Below are positions 1-19,551 of a DNA stretch of 64,000 nucleotides, piece by piece; the stretch's first letter is position 1, and every line of letters starts with the position of its first letter. The position numbers and the translations under genes are program-made. Source of the stretch: Eledone cirrhosa. Lineage: Eukaryota. Below the pieces are notes generated by a model. The model ran no database searches. It worked only from the letters and a program-made list of their open reading frames with translations, and had not been told where the DNA came from. Location of the stretch: contig OZ024742.1 in the NCBI GenBank assembly GCA_964016885.1, positions 312,480,001-312,544,000 on the forward strand. The letters are read 5' to 3'.

Positions 1-943
1 ATGAAAAATGCGCAAGCTCAAAAGTGCCACAGAATGTTATAATAAACCTTCAAAAGTGTGGGACTAGAGTTGTTGCTAAAAAATATTGTAATCATTATAT
101 ATCGTACATTCTGTGGCATCCTTTATAAAAATAGCTTAAACCAACGAAGCCTTTATTTTTACGCTATTTCACTTAGTTAATTCTTAGAGTGTAACATATA
201 AAAATATGATTTACAACTATAAAATAAATTAATTAATATAATAACAGAGCTGCGGAGCTGAAATTTAGGAAATAATGGAGTATCGGATCCTGAGTTGGAG
301 TCAGTCAATTTTTGACCGACTCCGCAGCCCTGTATAATACATTTCATATTAAAGTTATTAATAAACCTATTTTACACTTCATGCAAATTACCACGAGATA
401 TTGATATTAGATATAAGATACAGCGCAATATCTACAGCTGTAAAAGTACGAAAGCGAAGTAATAATAAGTGGCTTAAGGTAATTCCAGTATGAAAGTTTG
501 TAGTGATAAAAATTTGATAATGCAATACGATTGTTAATATTATAGTTCTATGAAAATGTAACAATAGATAACTAAATTATTTTACTATTAGTATATTTAA
601 GAAATTATCATTATAGACTTGATCGTTCATATAAGCATCATATTAAGTTTCAACACAATTATTTTGTTACTATGAGTATATGATAATAATATTACGTAAT
701 TATTTATAGCTGTTATTACATTAAACATAGATGTATTTATTTTTATATGTTACACTCTAAGAATTAACTAAGTGAAATAGCGTAAAAATAAAGGCTTCGT
801 TGGTTTAAGCTATTTTTATAAAGGATGCCACAGAATGTACGATATATAATGATTACAATATTTTTTAGCAACAACTCTAGTCCCACACTTTTGAAGGTTT
901 ATTATAACATTCTGTGGCACTTTTGAGCTTGCGCATTTTTCAT
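1..943. repeat. Perfect inverted repeat: arms 1-206 and 738-943 with a 531-bp spacer (left arm may extend beyond the window)
   Basis: 1-206 (atgaaaaatgcgcaagc...catataaaaata) reads as the reverse complement of 738-943; position n pairs with 944-n. Confidence 0.9.
245..332. mobile_element. Small hAT-like MITE
   Basis: TIRs cagagctgcggag / ctccgcagccctg; 8-bp flanks tataataa and tataatac match at 7/8, consistent with a hAT-type TSD. Confidence 0.65.
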
Positions 944-1501
944 GTCTAGTTTAATATTTTTTTAAGGCAACGCTTGTAATAACTCTAGTTAAACAGGATA
1001 TATATTAATAATAAATTATCGTTGTAATGTAATTAGATTATGTAATTGTTATTATAAATTATCTTATAAATATTAGTGTAAGATGTATAAAAATATTTTC
1101 AGACTTTTAATATAAACAACTACAAAAAACAATCAATATTAAATCAATATATTATACATAATAGAAAACATAAAATATACAATACAAAAACAAAATATTT
1201 ACATACATTTGCAATTATCAGTGTATATACATTTTCTTTATATTCCCTGAGCAAATTAATAAGATTTGTTTTTATTGTACATAATTTGATGACTTGTTGG
1301 AGTGTATTAAAAGATAGCAACAATTTGTGATTAAATTGTTATCTTAAGCAACTCACTTTTTAATAGTTGTTGGCTGAGCGAAATTGTAAAAGCCTATGAG
1401 CAAATATAAAAAAAAATACACAAACAACATTTCCTTGTGTTATTACAACATTAGATAAAATAATTGAGCAATGTCGTTATATTTTGCTCTTATTGCACAT
1501 T

Positions 1502-1674
1502 AATAGTGTTTCTATTTTTCGGCACAAATCCATTACGGCAGTCCATTACTGGTACTTTATTTTATCGAATTAGTAAGTATGAAAGTCGAAGTTAACCTCG
1601 GCAGGATTTGAACTTAGAATGCAAAGGACCATAACAATACTGCAAAGCATGGTGTCTGACGCTCTACCAATACT
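1502..1674 (-). mobile_element. tRNA-derived SINE family 1, degenerate copy
   Basis: Shares ctggtactttattttatcga...gttaacctcggcaggatttgaac with the other copies. Confidence 0.8.
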
Positions 1675-2064
1675 TGTGTTGAGCTGGTCATTAATTTATG
1701 GTGGTCGTGCGTGAAGTAGAGCAATCGCTAGTTGAAATATTATGAACAAAACATTTTTATTTGCCGAAGAACATATTTTCAATACTGTTTGTGAATGTGA
1801 CGAAGGAAATACATTCTGATATGGAACAGTGTACAAAGTGTGTCTGTGAATAACATAATGTTACCTCATGTTGTTGTCAAGACATAATGGATTTCGTTTA
1901 TCCAGTTAGAAGATGAAACCTAGCCATCTCGGATTAGTTATATTTCATGCCATGTGTAAACGTGTTTGAGGATAGCAAAATATGCGCGTTAATTATAATA
2001 ATTAGTTAATAATATTACAAAATATACCTAATTAAACTCTTTGCTTGAAATTTTATCATTCTTC

Positions 2065-2243
<179 letters not shown>

Positions 2244-2465
2244 TCTAGTCCTTCGCTCAAGATTAATCTATAAGTTTAGATGTTTGCCTTCGTTTAAGTA
2301 AATATTACAGTAAGATTTTTAATATAAACAACTGCAAAAAACAATTAATATTAAAACGAAAAATTATCAATGATAAAAGAAGCGGATGCAACTTTTTTTT
2401 TATAAAGTTATATTCCTGTTTCTTTAAAGAACATTTCATTTTTGTTCTATTGTAGGCGAAATAAT

Positions 2466-2651
2466 TGTTTCTACTTTAGGCACAAGGCCAGCAAATTACC
2501 CAGTACATTACTGGTACTTTATTTTATCGACCCCGTAAGGATGAAAGGCAAAGTTAACCTCGGCGGGATTTGAACTCAGACTGTAAAGGGACGTAACTAT
2601 GCTAGAAAGCATGGCGTCCAACCCTCTACCGATACTGCCAATTCACCGCCC
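2466..2651 (-). mobile_element. tRNA-derived SINE family 1, full length with 15-bp TSD
   Basis: Minus strand has A-box-like TGGCAGTATCGG, B-box GAGTTCAAATCC and a central gcctttcatccttacggggtcgataaaataaagtaccag (MetaSINE-like domain, from memory). TSD tgtaggcgaaataat at 2451-2465 and 2652-2666. Confidence 0.9.
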
Positions 2652-3211
2652 TGTAGGCGAAATAATGCAATGGTTTAATAGGGAAGATATAACTTACGAA
2701 TTATGTCTCTAACCGTGTAACGCTTTTTAAGTAGATAACTACAATTGAAAATACTAAAGAAATGGAACCAACAATTCAATTTGAAAGTCGTCTAGTGACA
2801 GTGTATTACTGGTACTTTATTTTATCGACCCCGTAACGATGAAAGGCAAAAATGCAAATGCTTAAAATTTAAATTGCCTTAATTCTATCGTCTGCTGTTT
2901 CATTAAAGGGAGATTATCGTCTGTATTTAATTCTATCGTCTACTGTTCCACTAAACAGATATACCTCCACTATCGTCTCTATTTATACATTTTAACTTAT
3001 AACTTATACACATTTGATTTGAAATATTTTATCTAGTCCCCCCTCTCAATATTATGATGATTTCTTTCGAATGAAACAGTTCTAGTCCTGTAGAAGCCAT
3101 TTATATATATAATTGAACTGAGTTAAAAATTCACAATATTTATAATTAAATAAGCTCATATATATATGTGTGTATTTATCTGTTTATTGTATTATATATA
3201 ATGTGTGTATA

Positions 3212-3290
3212 TACAGGATGTCCCCCAAAAATATATACACACTTCAACAGCATTCTAATAACTATTGCCTGTACAGGTAATCAAAGTGTC
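3212..3290 (+). mobile_element. Tc1/mariner-type MITE fragment (same family as 30161 and 54686)
   Basis: TA followed by caggatgtcccccaaaaatatatacacacttcaacagcattctaata, shared with two other copies. Confidence 0.6.
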
Positions 3291-3781
3291 AATCGAATGT
3301 TAGTTTCGTGTTTTAACAGTACAAATTTACAATACACACATAAAACCAGTGTATATACATACATGAGTGTGTATACACATACATGAATGTGTATATACAA
3401 TATATATGTATATATATATATAGACACATGTATTCACGGTGCAACGGTACATTAAAATATAGATGCGGGAGAGGGGGTGTATATATAGGGCGCTGGGGAT
3501 AAAGGAGTGTAAAGCGTGTGTAATTGATATATTGAAGGAGAGGAGCGTGCAGCGATAGAGTAACAAATATATAGAGAGGGGGAGAGATGGTATTGAAGGG
3601 AGGAGTGCAAAGCGAAAGAGTAAGAGATATAAATAGAGACGGAACAGATAGAGAGAAACAGGCGTAAGTAACAGTGGAAGAGATATAGAGAGAGGTACTC
3701 TGATTGGTTGAAAATTAGCCAATGACATACGATCACCACCACGGCTATCCCCGAAAAATTTTTAAAGAAGCTAGGCATATA

Positions 3782-3890
3782 TGTTAGAACACGAAAAGTG
3801 AACATTCTGTGTTTCACACTTTTCGTGTTCTAACAGATAGAACACGAAAAGTGAACATTCTGTGTTTCACACTTTTCGTGTTCTAACAGA
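3782..3890. repeat. Tandem duplication of a ~52-bp hairpin unit
   Basis: tagaacacgaaaagtg-aacattctgtgtttca-cacttttcgtgttctaa occurs twice in tandem and each copy is self-complementary. Confidence 0.85.
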
Positions 3891-4499
3891 TATATAAACA
3901 TTTCTCTTTCTCTGGTAGGATTTTTAAATTGATATAAATCATTTTCTTAACGTCTGTTTAGTGTACGAGTGTATACATTTATATATAAATTATATGTTAT
4001 TTCACTCTCTTTCCCCTGTAGTATTTTAAAATAGATTTATTCCACACGTAAATTCTGAATTCAATATTTCTCATTCTCTCGTAGAATTTTAAAATTTATA
4101 TAAATGCATTTCCTTAACGGCTGTGTAGTGTACAAGTGTGTACATTTATATATAAACATTGGATATTTCTCTTTTCTCCTGTAGGACCAATCAAATGACG
4201 GTAGCACCAATTATCTTCAAAATTTTAACCATTGCAACACTATCACTAATATAAGGTATGAGTGGTGTGTGTGTGTGTGAAGTGCGACTGGACTTAAGGT
4301 TTGAAAATGTCTTCCCAGCATGAATCCACTCGAATACAGGCGACAGAACAAACCTTCCTTATTTCGGCATGGAAACTTGGTACCAACTCCAATACAGATT
4401 CCAACACTCTGCAAAGCCCCCCCCCCCTCCCCTATCCGTTTCAGCAAACTCCAAAACTTCTGAGCTGCAACCATTAATGTAGGCACAATGAAAGTAAGA

Positions 4500-5165
4500 T
4501 CAGGAGAGATTGTAAAAGAGAGTGGATGTATGTTGTGAGCAAGAGACTAGGTGGAGAGGAGGATCAGCTAGACACCTCGTTGGTAAAGAACAATGCTACA
4601 TTTTTTTCTGTGTGAGAAATGAGGTACAGGAGTAGGAGAGCGACTTGGTGATGAGACAATTAAAGCAAAGAGACAGGTATGGAAAGAATGGCAAAATTGG
4701 GATAACAGAGAGCTTTACTATGTGGCAAGGCAACAAGTATACTTTGCAAGCGAAAAGTAAAAAAATGTATATGTTATGCGGTGTGATGACCAAAGACATG
4801 AGGTGTTCAAGATCGCAATGCAGTGTATCAGGGGGAAATAGTGATGCGAGAGAGAAGGTGCACTTGCCCTCACTGAAACTGATAAGAAGGCTGCATGGAA
4901 GTGTCATTATGAAAGGCTAATGAATGAGGAGAATGTGTGGGAGGAAGATAGACTCCCCAAATGGACCCTACAGAGGGACCAGCAGTATAAGTCAGCAGTG
5001 TATTAAGCAAGGCTATTAAGGATATGAACACGGACAAGCAGCGAGGCCATCAGGAATCGTTGCTAAGATGCTGAAAGCATCTGGGATGGTATGACACACC
5101 ATAACCACCTATATTGTTAACCAAGTAATACAAAATGGTGCCATACTAAATGACTGGCGTAGTAG
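4500..5165 (+). pseudogene. Degenerate RTE-clade LINE ORF fragment
   Basis: Frameshifted homolog of 20760-21400 (KAK..WK.W, W..HYERL.NEEN.W, K..GPSGI..ML). Confidence 0.75.
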
Positions 5166-6310
5166 TAAAACAGATGAGCCGCCTTCCCATATGCACAGGT
5201 TGAAGCATACATCTAGTATGCACTACTCTCCTTTACCTCCCTCTCCATACACCTCCAATGTCATATCACCCCTTCTTTGATCCACCCCACCCCCTCACCT
5301 GATAAATGCCCTACCCTAGATCTATCTATCCAACTCCCATGCACCCACACTGTAAAATGGTCTTGTAGGTGTCACGAGAAAAGCACCCAGTCTACTCTCT
5401 AAATGTGGTTGGCATTAGAAAGGACATCGAGCCATATAAACCAAGACAAAATCAGCCCGGTATGAACAAGACTGGTTTGGCTCGCAATACGACAACTCAT
5501 CTAACCATGCTAGCGTGTAAAAATGAACGTTAAACGGTGATATGTATATATATATCATCATCACCGTTTATATATATGATTATGTATATAATATATATAC
5601 AGAGACAGACATACAGAAGAGGATAGAGTCAGTGAACCAATCAGTAGCAGTGGTGGGGAAGGAGGGATAGACGCGAGAAGGGAACACAGAGATGGGGGGG
5701 GGGGGTAAGTGTTTATACAGGGAGTTGACTCCACCTTCCATGGCGAGACCACACAGATCAGTAAAAACAAAACACATTCTTCCTTGTTCACATTTCACCT
5801 TTTAGCCTGCAGCAGTTTTAGTTTTTCATTAAAACTGCTGAGATATTAGCAGTGGGCAAAGATCCCATATAAATAAGAAACAAATAGATAAAATATAAAA
5901 CATAAGAATAACAACAACACAAACCCCCCCAAAAAACAAGCATTTAGTTAAGTCTGCCTATCTTTCTCTCCTCCTTCCATTTTATCTCTTTTTGCTGCTC
6001 ATTCTATCCAAGTAACCATTCTCTCTAACTCTACTATCTATCTATCTATCGGTCATCCTACCTACTTTTGCATCTCCCTTTGTCCATTTAATAACTACTT
6101 TTCTATATATATAGCTATCTTATCTACCATTCGGTTTGACCAATCCATCTATCTCTTCTTAAAATGTAATAGCAATCAGAGAAAGAGTCGGTAATGCTCA
6201 AGTACTAAGAAGGGATGTATCTATAACCTTGAAAACATTTTCTTCCTCATCAACAGCTACGGGGGGGGGGGGTGTACATGGATATATAAATTGCAAATCA
6301 CACACACACG

Positions 6311-6505
6311 TTGAGTCCCGGATTCAATTGGGAGTAACTACAGTAAGGTACTCAATACATGAGTAGAGTGTAAACATCATGTCTAATATAAAAATGGCTT
6401 CTACAGAACTAGAACTGTTTCACTCAAAATAAATCACCAACAAAGCTCTGATGATTTCTTTTGAATGAAACTTCTAGTCTTGTAGAAGCCATTTTCTATA
6501 TTAAA
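6311..6505. mobile_element. Head-to-head inverted pair of a short PLE-like element carrying a minimal hammerhead-like core
   Basis: 6385-6439 is the inverse of 6449-6502; CTGATGA-tttcttttgaat-GAAAC at 6448-6471. Related copies at 3053-3105, 43558-43620 and 53945-54006. Confidence 0.55.
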
Positions 6506-6574
6506 TATAGATCTAGCTGTCGAAACGGCCAGAGCTCAGCCGTCGGGGTCCTGACTCTTTTCTTATTAAATAAA

Positions 6575-7425
6575 TATATATATATATATATATATTAATT
6601 TCAACAATGTCAGTATTCCGTGTCATAATTCTCGATTATCATTGGTTCATAGGTCTCAAACGACTCCGCCCACCTCAACGACGCCAACTTAAATTAATAT
6701 GCATAATGCCAGTGAGTGGGGAGAGTAAGAAACAGAGAGGCAAAGTGAACGCTGTAACTATTATCATGTGTGCGTGTGTATGTGTGTGTGCGTGCGTGCA
6801 GCGGTCCACAGGAAGTAAAAGCAATTCGACTTTATCAAACAGTGAATTACAGCGGCGATGGCGTGCAGCCAGGAATGAAGAAAAACGGGCCGAACAGCGC
6901 CATCGGAACGCCGAACTTCAGAGGCGAAGACGTGCCGCCATGAATGAAGAGGAGCTGGCTCAACAACGCCAACGAAACACTGGAGCCAAGCAGCGACGGC
7001 GTGCTGCGATGTTTGAAGACGAACTGGCTGAGCATCATCTTTTATATTAAATATTTATATTAAATATCTATATCTATATCTACATATAATATAAAAGATT
7101 GGAACTTCCATCATCCTTTTGAGAAACGTGGAACAACCACGTCTATGCAATGATACACGTTTTTACAGTCAGGCAGAAGATGCACCATCTCCTAGAGGTC
7201 ACTATTCTAAGTGGGAGTACCTAGAATTGTTCATATACTATGCACAAACGGTACAACGAAGAATCTGGTATATCTGGAAGATTTTTTTACTGTTTTTGGT
7301 ATCATACAGACACCACGAACTTGCCTCATACTGTAACCAGACAAACATCCAATACAGTCATTTTCTCTTTTTCCTGTCTTCTCTTATCATCTGTTTACCC
7401 GGGCGAAGCTGGGTACATCAGCTCG
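6575..7425 (+). mobile_element. Non-autonomous Helitron derivative with helicase fragments
   Basis: 3' hairpin acccgggcgaagctgggt followed by cagctcg(t), a CTAG variant. Internal Pif1-like motifs LRNVEQPRLCNDTR (7119-7160) and NGTTKNLVYLE (~7246-7280). Charged repeat ORF 6607-7050 resembles Helitron N-termini. Both ends are homologous to 46129-46852. Confidence 0.8.
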
Positions 7426-7597
7426 TATATCCCAAACGCAGAAAATAACAGCCTCTTTTTTCCGTTTACAGGGGTATATTATCCGATTTTCTGAGCTATT
7501 TAATTATAACGATCGACTGACTGTTGATAGTTATTTTCTACGTTTGGGATTCCCAGATTTTTCAAGTTTTAAATCACCCAGCGCTTCGATAATTCAT

Positions 7598-7602
7598 GAG
7601 AG

Positions 7603-7701
<99 letters not shown>

Positions 7702-7740
7702 TGAGAAGAGAGAGAGAGAGACGAGAGAGAGAGAGGGGGG
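7598..7740. repeat. (GA)n microsatellite
   Basis: Directly visible. Confidence 0.97.
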
Positions 7741-8012
7741 GATAAGATAAAGAAAGAAATTTCGATTTTTCATTAGTTGGTAATGAAAAAAAAAGAACAA
7801 ATAAAATACGAATTGAGGGGAAAAAAAAATTATATGAAAGAAATGGAGAGAGTGGAGAGAGGGGAGGTGGGGAAGACGAAAGAAAAGGGAATAAATTAGA
7901 CAAACGAAGAATTAAAACGAAAAATGAAAGTAGGAAAAAGAAAAAAAAAGGTATTATAGAAAGACACACACCGATTTCCATGGAAAATAATATTTTTCTT
8001 TGTTTTTTTTTT

Positions 8013-8350
8013 TTCGTGTGGTATCTATTAAAGTTACCTCCTAAAATATGGTGCAAAGGACTTTTTCTCCCGGAAAAGAAGGGTGAAAGAGAAGATAACC
8101 TCCGACCCCCCTTCCAAGAGTTTTCTTTACCATTTTTTGCCCTCGATCTTTCTTCGTGTGCTACCAATTAATCTTACCCCTGAACATGCTGCAAAAGCCA
8201 CCCGGGATTTGGGTTAGGGGGTAAAGAAAACTCAAGAGAGCAAGAGGGAGGGGGACATGTTCGAGGTTCCCCGCTTCTTGTTCCGTTTTCCTGAAAAAAG
8301 ATCTTTGCAGCATGTTCGGAGGTAAGATCATTTGGTAGCACACGGGAAAA
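8013..8350 (+). promoter_or_regulatory. Competing RNA duplexes over the candidate exon and donor (arm 1 8013-8131, arm 2 8149-8197, common partner 8220-8350)
   Basis: Arm 2 pairs 8155-8195 with 8304-8344 (37/41 Watson-Crick plus 1 G-U). Arm 1 pairs in blocks, e.g. gagttttctttacc/ggtaaagaaaactc and ttacctcc/ggaggtaa, with several G-U pairs on the + strand. Confidence 0.65.
8257..8321 (+). CDS. Candidate first coding exon of an unidentified host gene (MFEVPRFLFRFPEKRSLQHV-R-, phase-2 donor)
   Basis: ATG in context GGGGACATGT, 21 open codons plus AG, then a strong donor GAG|GTAAGA at 8321/8322. Non-repetitive, locally GC-richer island after a GA-rich tract. No protein family recognised. Confidence 0.4.
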
Positions 8351-8525
8351 AATTTCCCACTGGAATCGGTAGGATGTCTTCCTATAAATTTACTGAAAAT
8401 GATGTAAAAGGTTAAGATAAGAAAGCGAAAAATTGTAAATAAAAGAGAGGTGGTGGTTGATTAAAAAGAAATGTTGTTTTAATCACGTTTGTGTGTGTAT
8501 CTAAATATGTAGATATTCGTATACT

Positions 8526-8560
<35 letters not shown>

Positions 8561-8757
8561 ACACAGACACACACATAAGAATACGGACATGTATATATGT
8601 ATATATGTGTGTGTGTGTGTGTGTTTGCATGCGTATGTGAACACATACATGCAAGTGTGTGTGTGTGTAGAGAGAGAGTACGAATAAATACACGTGTGTA
8701 GAAAGAGACAGATTAAGTGTGTGAGAGAGAAAGAGAGTACACGTGCGTAAAATAGAA

Positions 8758-8760
<3 letters not shown>

Positions 8761-8794
<34 letters not shown>

Positions 8795-8871
8795 ATATAT
8801 ATATATATATATGTGTATATATATATATATGTGTATATATATATATATTTATATATATATATATATATGTG

Positions 8872-8903
<32 letters not shown>

Positions 8904-9014
8904 ATATATGTATATGTATATATATATGTATATGTATATATATATATGTATATGTATATATATATGTATATATATATATGTATATATATATTATGTATAT
9001 ATATATGTATATAT

Positions 9015-9046
<32 letters not shown>

Positions 9047-9193
9047 GTATATGTATATATATATATATGTATATATATATGTATATATATATGTATATGT
9101 ATATATATATGTATATATATATGTATATGTATATGTATATATATATGTATATGTATATATATATGTATATGTATATATATATGTATATATATG

Positions 9194-9240
<47 letters not shown>

Positions 9241-9331
9241 GTATATGTGTATATATATGTATATATATGTATATATGTATATATGTATATATGTATATAT
9301 ATGTATATATGTATATATATGTATATATATG

Positions 9332-9397
<66 letters not shown>

Positions 9398-9433
9398 ATA
9401 TATATATATATATGATATATATATATATATATG

Positions 9434-9464
<31 letters not shown>

Positions 9465-9599
9465 ATATATATATATATATGATATGTATATATATATGTA
9501 TATATATATATATATATATATGATATATATATATATATATGATATATATATATATGATATATATATATATATATATATGATATATATATATATATATAT
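8761..9599. repeat. (TA)n microsatellite with TATG interruptions
   Basis: Directly visible. Confidence 0.98.
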
Positions 9600-10884
9600 G
9601 TAGAAAGATTTGAATGGATACAGTTTAGTTGAAAGGAATTTATTGACACGTGTTTCTATAACAGTTACATAACCTAAAACAGCTGCTATCTACAAACTTT
9701 TAGTTATGCAGACATTCAATATTTCAATGTTATTATTTACTGTCATTTCATCAGAATAATATTACTGAGGACCTATTTAGTTTTTATAGAGAATATTAGG
9801 AGGGAGGGGTGAAGTTGTTAGAAGAATAGTTGAAGGAGTGGTTTTTCGATAGCAGTGAGAATTCTTGGTGGCAGTGAGTAATTAGATTCCCATCTGTTGT
9901 TTTGACATTTTTTATAGAATATATTATTGGTTATTTTCTAAATCTATAGAAGGATTAGAGATAGTAAAGATATGCGTGGTTGGTTTTGTGTTTGCACTTA
10001 ATTAACATTCAGACTTAAATATTTCTTTCAAGTGTACGTATCCTTTCACCCACGCATTCACACACAAATATATTTGCACACCTCTACAAAATACATATAC
10101 TCACAATTCACATATTCATACTTACATATATATACACATGCATACACATATATATACATACATGTATTCATGTACATACATACGCGCTCATGTGTATACA
10201 TTTTCATACTCAACTTATCTTTATATACACACGTATAGACACACACATATATACATACATACTCTAGTCCATGTGTACACACATACACATACATACACAT
10301 CCATATACACATATATACATACATATATATATATATATATATAATATATATATAAGCACTTTAATACATGAATACACTTACATCTAACTATACACATCAA
10401 ACATATATATTTACTTATTTATATACATTTTCACATATATATACATACTTATGGACGTTTTTAGACACATTCATTATCGCATATTTGTACCTATTCTCAT
10501 CAGCATATCTTTCCATTATTAGTTGTGGTAATTTAAGGTTATTAATATATGTTGAGAAGAGATTGTTTTTATATTTTTCTAACTAGATTAAGGTTTATAT
10601 AGTTGGGGATGTCCCTCTTTTATGTAATATTCGGCTTGTAGTGGGAAAAAAGGGTTTTAGTTCTGTGACCGCAGAATAATGTTCGTTCAATTCTGTTATT
10701 CAGCAGTTTCTTCTTGTGTGTGATTATGTAATAAATCTCAAGATTACACAATTTGCAGAAATTGTGGCTCCTGGAAAAGCTTTGGGTTTTAGCTAATTTC
10801 TCCCATTTTAGAGTAAACTTTTGATCGCTATCCCTGATAATCTACTGTGTGTAATATTTATATTACAACACAACGGAAAATACT
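9600..10884 (-). mobile_element. 5'-truncated Penelope-like retroelement (EN C-terminus plus 3' region), bounded by (TA)n on both sides
   Basis: Minus-strand 10838-10620 encodes [61 protein letters not shown]..., matching the W..L...C.LC..E..I....LN.R.E....C.H motif of C-terminal GIY-YIG PLE endonucleases. A hammerhead lies downstream. Confidence 0.8.
9640..9759 (-). ncRNA. Type I hammerhead ribozyme with extended stem II
   Basis: Minus strand: ttatt-CTGATGA-[atgacagt...actgttat]-GAAAC-ACGT-GTC-aataa. Stem I ttatt/aataa, palindromic loop III, predicted GUC cleavage at 9645. Confidence 0.8.
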
Positions 10885-19145
<8,261 letters not shown>

Positions 19146-19551
19146 ATAAAATATTAAACAAATAATGAATAAACAATTCCTTATATTAAACAAAAAAAGT
19201 TCATTATTTAACGATCGTTTCTAGGATATATATGTGTTATAATTGGTATGCATATTCAACAGATCTATGTACAAAATTATACAAAATTATACAAATTATC
19301 AAGATTAAATATACATACCAAACACATATATACGCCGTCTTCAGAAATATTTCTGAAGACGGCGTATATATGTGTTTGGTATGTATATTTAATCTTGATA
19401 ATTTGTATAATTTTGTATAATTTTGTACATAGATCTGTTGAATATGCATACCAATTATAACACATATATATCCTAGAAACGATCGTTAAATAATGAACTT
19501 TTTTTGTTTAATATAAGGAATTGTTTATTCATTATTTGTTTAATATTTTAT
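19146..19551. repeat. Perfect 406-bp spacerless palindrome
   Basis: Centre tcagaaat|atttctga at 19348/19349. Mirror ORFs 19232..19420(+) and 19277..19465(-) give identical peptides. Confidence 0.95.
19348..19492 (+). ncRNA. Type I hammerhead-like ribozyme with extended stem II (mirror copy 19205-19349 on -)
   Basis: tattt-CTGAAGA-[gtatatatgtgtt tggtatgtatatt...aatatgcatacca..aacacatatatat]-GAAAC-GATC-GTT-aaata. The base of stem II is imperfect. Confidence 0.7.

Noticed and set aside
333-1500. Possible NUMT or mitochondrial control region
   Set aside because: Only AT-richness; no recognisable mitochondrial gene or tRNA.
5635-5712. CCAAT box and G|GTAAGT donor
   Set aside because: Short motifs expected by chance; no supporting exon or TSS evidence.
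8178-8290. Minus-strand exon (ttttttcAG|GAAAAC...CAGGG|GTAAGA)
   Set aside because: Plausible splice signals, but they arise as mirror images in the duplex arms and the G-U bias favours + strand RNA. Not excluded without stranded RNA data.
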